From the human T2T-CHM13v2.0 reference genome, Homo sapiens: 64,000 bases of DNA. Below, piece after piece: positions 43,401 to 56,100 of the stretch. The position numbers and the translations under genes are program-made. Below the pieces are notes generated by a model. The model did not search any database, had not been told where the DNA came from, and saw nothing but the letters and a program-made list of their open reading frames with translations. Each line of letters opens with the position of its first letter. The first letter of the stretch is position 1. The DNA lies in assembly GCF_009914755.1 (NCBI RefSeq), contig NC_060933.1, one strand, 5' to 3'.

Positions 43401-44130
43401 TGGAATGGAAATTAATAGAATGGAATCAACCCGAGTGGAATGGAATGGAAAGGACTGGAATGGAATGGAATGGAATGGAATCAACTCGATTGTAATGGAA
43501 TGGAATGGAATGGAATGGAAGGGAATTAACCCGAATACAATGGAATGGAATGGAATGGAACGGAATGGAGTGGAATGGAATGGAATCAACCCGAGTGCAG
43601 GGGAATGGAATGGAATGGAATGCAATGGAATGGAATCATCCGGAATGGAATGGAATGGAATGGAATGCAAAGCAATGGAATCAACTCGTTTGCAAAGGAA
43701 TGGAATGGAATGGAAAGGAATACATTGGAATCAACCCGAGTGGAATGGAATGGAAAGGACTGGAATGGAGTGGAATGGAATGGAATGGAATGGAATGGAA
43801 TCAACTCGATTGGAATGGAATGGAATGGAATGGAATGGAATTAACCCGAATAGAATGGAATGGAATGGAATGGAACGGAACGGAATGGAATGGAATGGAA
43901 TGGAATGGAATGGAATGGAATGGAATCAACCCGACTGCAGGGGAATGGAATGGAATGGAATGCAATGGAATGGATTCAACTTGAATGGAATGGAAAGAAT
44001 GGAATCAACACGACTGGAATGGCATGGATTGGAATGGAATGGAATGGAATCAACCCGAGTACAGGGGAATGGAATGGAATGGAATGCAATGGAATGGAAT
44101 CATCCGTAATGGAATGGAAAGGAATGGAAT
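40430..44130. repeat. ~1.2-kb inverted repeat arms (~40430-41650 and ~42935-44130) flanking J2
   Basis: ORFs 40733..41032(-) and 43545..43844(+) are both 99 aa and differ at 3 residues. ORFs 40617..41342(-) and 43255..44109(+) share a long N-terminal stretch including the rare ggtatcaaccagag variant. Confidence 0.8.
41801..41828. other. Strand-switch (inversion) junction J2; 28-bp near-perfect palindrome
   Basis: TTCCATTCCATT-cCGt-AATGGAATGGAA: 12-bp arms around a central CpG. TCCGT is shared by the left motif (cattccgtt) and the right motif (catccgtaatgg). Confidence 0.95.
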
Positions 44131-44255
44131 GGAATGGAATGGAATGGAATGGAATGGAATGGAATCAAATCGATTGCAATCGAATGGAATGGAATGGAAT
44201 TAACCCGAATAGAATGGAATGGAATGGAATGGAACGGAACGGAACGGAATGGAAT

Positions 44256-45526
44256 GGATTGGAATGGAATGGAATGGAATGGAATGGAAACAACGCGAGT
44301 GCAGGGGAATGGAATGGAATGGAATGCAATGGAATGGAATCTTCCGGAATGGAATGGAATGGAATGGAATGGAATGGAATGGAATGGAATAAACCCGAGT
44401 GCTGTGGAATGGAGTGGAATGGAATGAAATGGAATGGAACAACCCGAATGGAATGGAATGTAATGGAGAGTAAGGGAGTTGAATAGAATCAATCCGAATG
44501 TATTGGAATGGAATGGAACGGAATGGAATTGAATGGAATGGAATGGAATGCAATGGAATGGAATCAACCCGAGTGCAATGGAATGGAGAGGAATGGAATG
44601 GAATGGAATGGAAACTACCCGAATGGAATGGAATGTAATGGAGTGTAAGGGAATTGAATAGAATCAATCCGAATGTAATGGAATGGAATGGAATGGAATG
44701 GAATGGAATGGAATGGAATAGAATGCAATCGAATGGAATCGAATGGAATGGAATGCAATGGAATGTATTCAACTTGAATGGAATGGAAAGAATGGAATCA
44801 ACACGAGTGGAATGGCATGGATTGGAATGGAATGGAATGGAATCAACCCGAGTACGGGGGAATGGAATGGAATGGAATGCAATGGAATGGAATCATCCGG
44901 AAGGGAATGGAAAGGAATGGAATGGAATGGAATGGAATGGAATGGAATGGAATTGAATCAACTCGATTGCAATCGAATGGAATGGAATGGAATTAACCCG
45001 AATAGAATGGAATGGAATGGAATGGAATGGAACGGAACGGAATGGAATGGAATGGAATGGAATGGAATGGAACGGAACGGAACGGAATTGATGGAATGGA
45101 ATGGAATGGAATGGAATGGAATCAACGCGAGTGCAGGGGAATGGAATGGAATGGAATGCAATGGAATGGAATCTTCCGGAATGGAATGGAATGGAATGGA
45201 ATGGAATGAAATGCAATGGATTCAACTCGAATGCAATGGAATGGAATAGAATGGAATGGAATGGAATGGAATGGAATGGAATTAACCCGAATAGAATGGA
45301 ATGGAATGGAATGGAACGGAATGCAACGGAATGGAATGGAATGGAATGGAATGGAATGGAATGGTATGGAATGGAATGGATTGGTACGGAATAGAATGGA
45401 ATGGAATGAATTGTAATGGAAAGGAATTGAATGGAATGGAATGGAATCAACGCGAGTGCAGGGGAATGTAATGAAACGGAATGCAGAGGAATGGAATCAT
45501 CCGGAATGGAATGGAATGGAATGGAA
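44256..45526 (+). repeat. Copy B of the long exact direct repeat (partner 1-1271)
   Basis: Same evidence as copy A. Identity ends at 1271/45526, where copy A continues TGCAATGG and copy B continues ATCAAAGC. Confidence 0.95.
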
Positions 45527-45659
45527 ATCAAAGCAATGGAATCAACTCGATTGCAATGGAATGGAATGGAATGGAGTCAACGCGAGTGCAGGGGAATGTA
45601 ATGGAATGGAATGGAATGGAATTAACGCGAATAGAATGGAATGGAATGGAATGGAATGG

Positions 45660-48420
45660 AATGGAATGGAATCAACCTGAGTGCAGGGGAGTGGAATGCA
45701 ATGGAATGCAATGGAATGGAATGAAATGGAATGCAATGGAATCAATTCGATTGCAATGGAATGGAATGGAATGGAATGGAATGGAATGGAATGGAATGGA
45801 ATGGAATTAACCTGAACAGTATGGAATGGAATGGAATGGAATGGAACGGAATGGAATGGAATGGAATGGAATGGAATCAACCCGAGTGCAGGGGAATGGA
45901 ATGGAATGGAATGCAATGGAATGGATTCATCCGGAATGGAATGGAATGGAATGGAATGCAATGGAATGGAATCAATCAACCCGAGTGCAATGCAATGGAG
46001 TGGAATGGAATGGAATGGAACGGAAACTACCCGAATGGCATGGAATGTAATGGAGTGTAAGGGAATTGAAAAGAATCAATCCGAATGTAATGGAATGGAA
46101 TGGAACGGAATGAAATGGAATGGCATGGAATGGAATGGAATCAACCCGAGTGCAATGGAATGGAATTGAACGGAATGGAATGGAAAGGAATGGATTCAAC
46201 CCGAATGGAATGGAAAGGAATGGAATAAACCCGAGTGGAATGGCATGGAATGGAATGGAATGGAATGGAATGGAATGGTAAGGAATAGAATGGAATGGAA
46301 AGAAATGGAATGGAATGGAATGGAATGGAATGGAATGGAATGGAATGAACCCGTGTGCAATGGATTGGAATGGAATGGAATGGAATGGAATGTAATGGAA
46401 TGGAATGGTTTCAACTCGAATGGAATGGAAAGGAATGGAATCAACCCGAGTGGAATGGCATGGAATGGAATGGAATGGAATGGAATGGAATGGAATAGAA
46501 TGAAATGGAATGGAATGGAATGGAATGGAAACAACACGAGTGCAATGTAATGGAATCGAGTGGAATGGAATTAAATGGAATGGAATAGATTCAACCCGAA
46601 TGGAATGGAAAGGAATGGAATAAACCCGAGAGGAATAGCATGGAATGGAGTGGAATGGAATGGAATGGAATGGAATGGTATGGAATAGAATGGAATGGAA
46701 CTAAATGGAATGGAATGGAATGGAATGGAATGGAATGAACACGTGTGCAATGGAATGGAATCAAATGGAATGGAATGGAATGGAATGGATTCAACTCGAA
46801 TGGAATGGAAAGGAATGGAATCAACCCGAGCGGAGTAGCATGGATTGGAATGGAAAGGAATGGAATGGAATGGTACGGAATAGAGTGGAATGGAACGAAA
46901 TGGAATGGAATGGAATGGAATGGAATAGAATGGAATGGAATGGAATCAACCCGAGTGCAGGGGAATGGAGTGGAATGGAAGGCAATGGAATGGAATCATC
47001 CGGAATGGAATGGAATGGAATGGAAAGGAATGGAATGGAATCAACCTGAGTGCAGGGGAATGGAATGCAATGGAATGCAATGGAATGGAATGGAATAGAA
47101 TGCAATGGAAACAACTCGATTGCAATGGAATGGAATGGAATGGACTGGAATGGAATGGAATGGAATGGAATGGAATGGAATGGAATTAACCTGAACAGAA
47201 AGGAATGGAATGGAATGGAATGGAACGGAATGGAATGGAATGGAATGGAATGGAATCAACCCGAGTGCAGGGGAATGGAATGGAATGGAATGCAATGGAA
47301 TGGATTCATCCGGAATGGAATGGAATGGAATGGAATGCAATGGAATGGAATCTATCAACCCGAGTGCAATGCAATGGAGTGGAATGGAATGGAATGGAAC
47401 GGAAACTACCCGAATGGAATGGAATGTAATGGAGTGTAAGGGAATTGAAAAGAATCAATCCGAATGTAATGGAATGGAATGGAACGGAATGAAATGGAAT
47501 GGCATGGAATGGAATGGAATCAACCCGAGTGCAATGGAATGGAATTGAACGGAATGGAATGGAAAGGAATGGATTCAACCCGAATGGAATGGAAAGGAAT
47601 GGAAAAAACCGAGTGGAATGGCATGGAATGGAATGGAATGGAATGGAATGGAATGGTACGGAATAGAATGGAATGGAACGAAATGGAATGGAATGGAATG
47701 GAATGGAATGGAATGGAATGGAATGGAATGGAATGGAATGAACCCGTGTGCAATGGATTGGAATGGAATGGAATAGAATGGAATGGAATGGAAAGGAATG
47801 GTTTCAACTCGAATGGAATGGAAAGGAATGGAATCAACCCGAGTGGAATGGCATGGAATGGAATGGAATGGAATGGAATGGAATGGAATGGAATGAAATG
47901 GAATGTAATGGAATGGAATGGAAACAACACGAGTGCAATGTAATGGAATCGAGTGGAATGGAATTGAATGGAAAGGAATGGATTCAATCCGAATGGAATG
48001 GAAAGGAATGGAATAAACCCGAGAGGAATAGCATGGAATGGAGTGGAATGGAATGGAATGGAATGGAATGGTATGGAATAGAATGGAATGGAACTAAATG
48101 GAATGGAATGGAATGGAATGGAATGGAATGGAATGGAATGAACCCGTGTGCAATGGAATGGAATCGAATGGAATGGAATGGAATGGAATGGATTCAACTC
48201 GAATGGAATGGAAAGGAATGGAATCAACCCGAGTGGAATAGCATGGATTGGAATGGAAAGGAATGGAATGGAATGGTACGGAATAGAGTGGAATGGAACG
48301 AAATGGAATGGAATGGAATGGAATGGAATGGAATAGAATGGAATGGAATGGAATGGAATCAACCCGAGTGCAGGGGAATGGAGTGGAATGGAAGGCAATG
48401 GAATGGAATCATCCGGAATT
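45660..48420 (+). repeat. ~1.38-1.41-kb imperfect tandem duplication
   Basis: ORFs 45826..46050/47205..47429 and 45831..46169/47210..47548 are offset by 1379 and near identical. Private motifs taacctgaacag, ggattcatccgg, acggaaactac and gagaggaatagcatgg each occur once per copy. Confidence 0.88.
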
Positions 48421-49900
48421 GAATGGAATGGAATGGAATGGAATGGAATCAACTCGATTGAAATGGAATGGAATGGAATGGAATGGAGTGGATGGGAATG
48501 GAATGGAATGTAATGAACCCGAGTGCAGGGGAATGGAATGGAATGGAATGCAATGGAATGGAGTCATCCTGAATGGAACGGAATGGAATGGAATGGAATC
48601 AACCCGAGTGCAATGGAATGGAATGGAACGGAAAGGAATGGAATGGAATGGATTCAACCCGAATGGAATGGAAAGGAATGGAATCAACCCGAGAGGAATG
48701 GCATGGAATGGAATGGAATGGAATGGAGTGGAATGGTACGGAATAGAATGTAATGGAACGAAACGGAATGGAATGGAATGGAATGGAATGGAATGGAATG
48801 GAATGGAATGGAATGTAATTAACCCCAATAGAATGGATTGGAATGGAATGGAAGTAAATGGAACGGAAGGTAATGAACCCGAGTGCAGGGGAATGGAATG
48901 GAATGGAATGCAATGGAATGGAGTCATCCGGAACGGAACGGAAAGGAATGGAATGGAACCAACCCGTGTGCAATGGAATTGAAAGGAATGGCATGGAATG
49001 GAATGGAATGGAATGGAATGGAATGGATTCAACCCGAATGGAATGGAAAGGAAGGGAATCAACCCAAGTGGAATGGCATGGAATGGAATGGATTGGAATG
49101 GAATGGAATGGAATGGTACCGAATGGAATGGAATGGAATGGTACCGAATAGAATGGAATGGAACGAAATGGAATGTAATGGAATGGAATGGAATGGAATG
49201 AACCCGTGTGCAATGGATTGGAATGGAATGGAATGGAATGGAATGGAATGGAATGGAATGGGTTCGACTCGAATGGAACGGAATGGAATGAAATCAACCC
49301 GAGTGGAATGGCATGGAATGGAATGGAATGGAATGGAATGGAATGGAATGGAATGGAAACAACACGAGTGCAATGTAATGGAATCGAATGGAATGGAATG
49401 CAATGGATTCAACCCGAATGGAATGGAAACGAATGGAATAAAACCGAGTGGAATGGCATGGAATGGAGTCTAATGGAATGGAATGGAATGGAATGGTATG
49501 GAATAGAATGGAATGGAACGAAATGGAATGGAATGGAATGGAATGAAATGAACCCGTGTGCAATGGAATGGAATGGAATGCAATGGAATGGAATGGATTC
49601 AACTCGAATGGAATGGAAACGAATGGAATCAACCCGAGTGGAATGGCATGGAATGGAATGGAATGGAATGGAATGGAATGGAATTAACCCTAATAGAATG
49701 GAATGGAATGGAATGGAATGGAATGGAATGGAATGGAATGGAATGGAATGGAATGGTACGGAATAGAATGGAATGGAACGAAATGGAATGGAATGGAATG
49801 GAATGGAATGGAATGGAATGGAATGGAATGGAATGGAATCAACCCGAGTGCAGGGGAATGGAATGGAATGGAAGGCAATGGAATGACACCATTCGGAATT

Positions 49901-50119
49901 GAATGGAATGGAATGGAATGGAATGGAATGGAATGGAATCAACTCGATTGAAATGGAATGGAATGGAATGGAATGGAATGGAATGGAATGGAATGGAATC
50001 AACTCGATTGAAATGGAATGGAATGGAATGGAATGGAATGGAATGGAATGGAATGGAATCAACTCGATTGAAATGGAATGGAATGGAATGGAATGGAATG
50101 GAATGGAATGGAATGGAAT
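49901..50119 (+). repeat. Perfect 60-bp tandem repeat, ~3.6 copies
   Basis: The 60-base lines starting 49921, 49981 and 50041 are identical, each with one caactcgattgaaat in a pure GGAAT run. Confidence 0.95.
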
Positions 50120-53100
50120 GGAAGTGAATGGATGGAATGTAATGAAACCGAGTGCAGGGGAATGGAATGGAATGGAATGCAATGGAATGGAGTCATCCGG
50201 AATGGAACGGAATGGAATGGAATGGAATCAACCCGAGTGCAGTGGAATGGAATGGAATGGAATGGAATGGAGTGGAATGGTACAGAATAGAATGTAATGG
50301 AACGAAATGGAATGGAATGGAATGGAATGGAATGGAATGGAATCATTCCGAGTGGAATAGAAGGGAATGTTTTCGAGTGGAATGAAAAGGAATGGAATCA
50401 ACCAGAGTGGGATGGAATGGAATCGAGTGGAATGGAATGCAATCGAATGGAATGGAAAGGAATAGAATGGAATCAACCCGAGTGGAATGGAATGGAAAGG
50501 ACTGGAATGGAATGGAATGGAATGCAATGGAATCAACTCGATTGCAATGAAATGGAATGCAATGGAATGGAATGGAATGGAATGGAATTAACCGGAATAG
50601 AATGGAATTGAATGGAATGGAAAGGAATGGAATGGAATAGAATGGAATGGAATGGATTCAACTCGAATGGAATGGAAAGGAATGGAATCAACCCGAGTGG
50701 AATGGCATGGAATGAAATGGAATGGAATGTAATGGAATGGAATTAACCCTAATAGAATGGAATGGAATGGAATGGAATGGAATGGAATGGAAGGAAATGG
50801 AATGGAATGGAATGGAATAGAATGGAAGGAAATGGAATGGAATGGAATGGAATGGAATGGAATGGAATGGTACGGAATAGAATGGAATGGAACGAAATGG
50901 AATGGAATGGAATGGAATGGAATGGAATGGAATGGAATGGAATGGAATGAAATCAACCCGAGTGCAGGGGAATGGAATGGAATGGAAGGCAATGGAATGA
51001 AATCATTCGGAATTGAATGGAATGGAATGGAATGGAATGGAATCAACTCGATTGAAATGGAATGGAATGGAATGGAATGGAATGGAATGGAATGGAATGG
51101 AAGTGAATGGAATGTAATGTAATGAAACCGAGTGCAGGGGAATGGAATGGAATGGAATGCAATGGAATGGAGTCATCCGGAATGGAACGGAATGGAATGG
51201 AATGGAATCAACCCGAGTGCAAAGGAATGGAATGGAACGGAAAGGAATGGAATGGAATGGATTCAACCCGAATGGAATGGAAAGGAATGGAATCAACCCG
51301 AGAGGAATGGCATGGAATGGAATGGAATGGAATGGAGTGGAATGGTACGGAATAGAATGTAATGGAACGAAACGGAATGGAATGGAATGGAATGGAATGC
51401 AATGGAATGGAATGGAATCATTCCGAGTGGAATAGAAGGGAATGTTTTCGAGTGGAATGAAAAGGAATGGTATCAACCAGAGTGGAATGGAATGGAATCG
51501 AATGGAATGGAAAGGAATAGAATGGAATCAACCCGAGTGGAATGGAATGGAAAGGACTGGAATGGAATGGAATGGAATGCAATGGAATCAACTCGATTGC
51601 AATGAAATGGAATGGAATGGAATGGAATGGAATGGAATAGAATAGAATGGAAAGGAATCACCCCAAGTGCAGGGGAATTTAATGGAATGGAATGCAGTGG
51701 AATGGAATCATCCGGAATGGAATGGAATGGAATGGAATGGAACGGAATGCAATGGAATCAACTCGATTTCAATGGAATGCAAAGGAATGGAATGGAATGG
51801 AATGCAATGGAATCATACGGAATAGAATGGAATGGAACGAAATGGAATGTAATGGAATGGAAAGGAATGGAATGGAATGGAATGGAACGGAATGGAATGG
51901 AATGGAATTAATCCGAATAGAATGGAATGGAATGGAAAGGAACAGAATGGAACGGAATGGAATGGAATGGAATGGAATGGTATGGAATGGAATGGAATGG
52001 TACGGAATAGAATGGAATGGAACGAATTGCAATGGAATGGAATTGAATGGAATGGAATGGAATGGAATGGAATCAACGCGAGTGCAGGCGAATGTAATGG
52101 AACGGAATGCAATGGAATGGAATCATCCGGAATGGAATGGAATGGAATGGAATGGAATGGAATCAACCCGAGTGCAATGGAATGGAGTGGAATGGAATGG
52201 AATGGAATGGAACAACCCGAATGGAATGGAATGGAATGGAGAGTAAGGGAGTTGAATAGAATCAATCCGAATGTAATGGAATGGAATGCAACGGAATGGA
52301 ATGGAATGGAATGGAATGGAATGCAATGGAATGGAATCAACTCGAGTACAATGGAATGGAATGGAATGGAATTGAATGCAATGGAATGGAATCAACTCGA
52401 GTACAATGGAATGGAATGGAATGGAATAGAATGGAATGGAATGGAATGGAATTGAATGGAATGGAATGCCTTCAAACCGAATGGAATGGAAAGGAATGGA
52501 ATCACCACGAGTGGAATGGAATGGAATGGAAAGGAATGGAATGGAATAGAATGGTACGGAATAGAATGGAATGGAACGAACTGGAATGGAATGGAATGGA
52601 ATGGAATGGAATGGAATCGTTCTGAGTGGAATACGAGGGAATGTATTCGAGTGGAATGGAAAGGAATGGAATCAACCAGATTGGAATGGAAGGGAATGGA
52701 ATGGAATGGAAACTAATAGAATGGAATCAACCCGAGTGGAATGGAATGGAAAGGACTGGAATGGAATGGAATGGAATGGAATGGAATGGAATCAACTACA
52801 TTGTAATGGAATGGAATGGAATAGAATGGAATGGAATTAACCCGAATACAGTGGAATGGACTAGAATGGAACGGAATGGAGTGGAATGGAATGGAATCAA
52901 CCCGAGTGCAGGGGAATGGAATGGAATGGAATGCAATGGAATGGAATCATCCGGAATGGAATGGAATGGAATAGAATGCAAAGCAATGGAATCAACTCGA
53001 TTGCAATGGAATGGAATGGAATGGAAAGGAATAGAACGGAATCAACCCGAGTGTAATGGAATGGAAAGGACTGGAATGGAGTGGAATGGAATGGAATGGA

Positions 53101-56100
53101 ATGGAATGGAATCAACTCGATTGGAATGGAATGGAATGGAATGGAAAGGAATGGAATGGAATTAACCTGAATAGAATGGAATGGAATGGAATGGAACGGA
53201 ACGGAATGGAATGGAATGGAATGGAATGGAATGGAATGGAATCAACCCGACTGCAGGGGAATGGAATGGAATGGAATGCAATAGAATGGAATCATCCGGA
53301 ACGGAATGGAATGGAATGGAATGGAATCAACTCGATTGCAATCGAATGGAATGGAATGGAATTAACCCGAATAGAATGGAATGGAATGGAATGGAACGGA
53401 ACTGAATGGAATGGAATGGAATGGAATGAAATGGAACGGAACGGAACGGAATGGAATGGAATGGAATGGAATGGAATCAACGCGAGTGCAGGGGAATGGA
53501 ATGGAATGGAATGCAATGGAATGGAATCTTCCGGAATGGAATGGAATGGAATGGAATGGAATGAAATGCAATGGATTCAACTCGATTGCAATGGAATGGA
53601 ATGGAATGGAATGGAATGGATTGAAATGCAATGGATTCAACTCCATTGCAATGGAATGGAATAGATTGGAATGGAATGGAATGGAATTAACCCGAATAGA
53701 ATGGAATGGAATGGAATGGAACGGAATGGAACGGAACGGAATGGAATGGAATGGAATGGAATGGAATGGTATGGAATGGAATGGAATGCTACGGAATAGA
53801 ATGGAATGGAACGAATTGTAATGGAATGGAATTGAATGGAATGGAATGGAATGGAATGGAATGGAATCAACGCGAGTGCAGGGGAATGTAATGGAACGGA
53901 ATGCAATGGAACGGAATCATCCGGAATGGAATGGAATGGAATGGAATCAACCCGAGTGCAATGGAATGGAGTGGAACGGAATGGAATGGAATGGAACAAC
54001 CCGAATGGAATGGAATGTAATGGAGAGTAAGGGAGTTGAATAGAATCAATCCGAATGTAATGGAATGGAATGCAACGGATTGGAATGGAATGGAATGCAA
54101 TGGAATGGAATCAACCCGAGTACAATGGAATGGAATGGAATGGAATGGAATGGAATGGAATGGAATGGAATGCCTTCAAACCGAATGGAATGGAAAGGAA
54201 TGGAATCAACACGAGTGGAATGTAATGGAATGGAATGGAAGGGAATGGAATGGAATGGAATGGAATGATACGGAACAGAATGGAATGGAACGAAATGGAA
54301 TGGAATGGAATGGAATGGAATGGAATCGTTCCGAGTAGAATAGGAGGGAATGTATTCGAGTGGAATGGAAAGGAATGGAATCACCCAGAGTGGAATGGAA
54401 GAGAATGGAATGGAATGGAAACTAATAGAATGGAATCAACCCGAGTGGAATGGAATGGAAAGGACTGGAATGGAATGGAATGGAATGGAATGGAATGGAA
54501 TGGAATGGAATGAAATGGAATGGAATCAACTCGATTGGAATGGAATGTAATGGAATGGAATGGAATGAAATGGAATGGAATCAACTCGATTGCAATGGAA
54601 TGGAATGGAATGGAATGGAATGGAATGGAATTAACCCGAATACAATGGAATGGAATGGAATGGAATGGTACGGAATGGAGTGGAATGGAATGGAATCAAC
54701 CCGAGTGCAGGGGAATGGAATGGAATGGAATGCAATGGAATGGAATCATCCGGAATGGAATGGAATGGAATGGAATGCAAAGCAATGGAATCAACTCGAT
54801 TGCAATGGAATGGAATGGAATGGAAAGGAATACATTGGAATCACCCCGAGTGGAATGGAATTGAAAGGACTGGAATGGAGTGGAATGGAATGGAATGGAA
54901 TGGAAAGGAATCAACTCGATTGGAATGGAATGGAATGGAATGGTACGGAATAGAATGGAATGGAACGAATTGTAATGGAATGGAATTGAATGGAATGGAA
55001 TGGAATGGAATGGAATCAACGCGAGTGCAGGGGAATGTAATGGAACGGAATGCAATGGAATGGAATAGAATGGAAAGGAATACATTGGAATCAACCCGAG
55101 TGGAATGGAATGGAAAGGACTGGAATGGAGTGGAATGGAATGGAATGGAATGGAATGGAATCAACTCGATTGGAATGGAATGCAATGGAATGGAATGGAA
55201 TTAACCCGAATAGAATGGAATGGAATGGAATGGAACGGAACGGAACGGAATGGAATGGAATGGAATCGAATGGAAGGGAATGGAATCAACCCGACTGCAG
55301 GGGAATGGAATGGAATGGAATGCAATGGAATGGATTTAACTTGAATGGAATGGAAAGAATGGAATCAACACGAGTGGAATGGCATGGATTGGAATGGAAT
55401 GCAATGGAATCAACCCGAGTACAGGGAAATGGAATGGAATGGAATGCAATGGAATGGAATCATCCGTAATGGATTGGAAAGGAATGGAATGGAATGGAAT
55501 GGAATGGAATAGAATGGAATGGAATCAACTCGATTGCAATCGAATGGAATGGAATGGAATTAACCCGAATAGAATGGAATGGAATGGAATGGAACGGAAC
55601 GGAATGGAATGGAATGCAATGGAATGGAATGGAATGGAACGGAACGGAATGGAATGGCATGGAATGGAATGGAATGGAATGGAATGGAATCAACGCGAGT
55701 GCAGGGGAATGGAATGGAATGGAATGCAATGGAATGGAATCTTCCGGAATGGAATGGAATGGAATGGAATGGAATGGAATGGAATGGAATGCAATGGATT
55801 CAACTCGATTGCAATGGAATGGAATAGAATGGAATGGAATGGAATGGAATGGAATGGAATGGAATGGAATTAATCCGAGTAGAATGGAATGGAATGGAAT
55901 GGAACGGAATGCAACGGAATGGAATGGAATGGAATGGAATGGAATGGTACGGAAAGGAATGGAATTGTACGGAATAGAATGGAATGGAACGAATTGTAAT
56001 GGAACGGAATTGAATGGAATGGAATGGAATCAACGCGAGTACAGGGGAATGTAATGGAACGGAATGCAATGGAATGGAATCATTCGGAATGGAATGGAAT

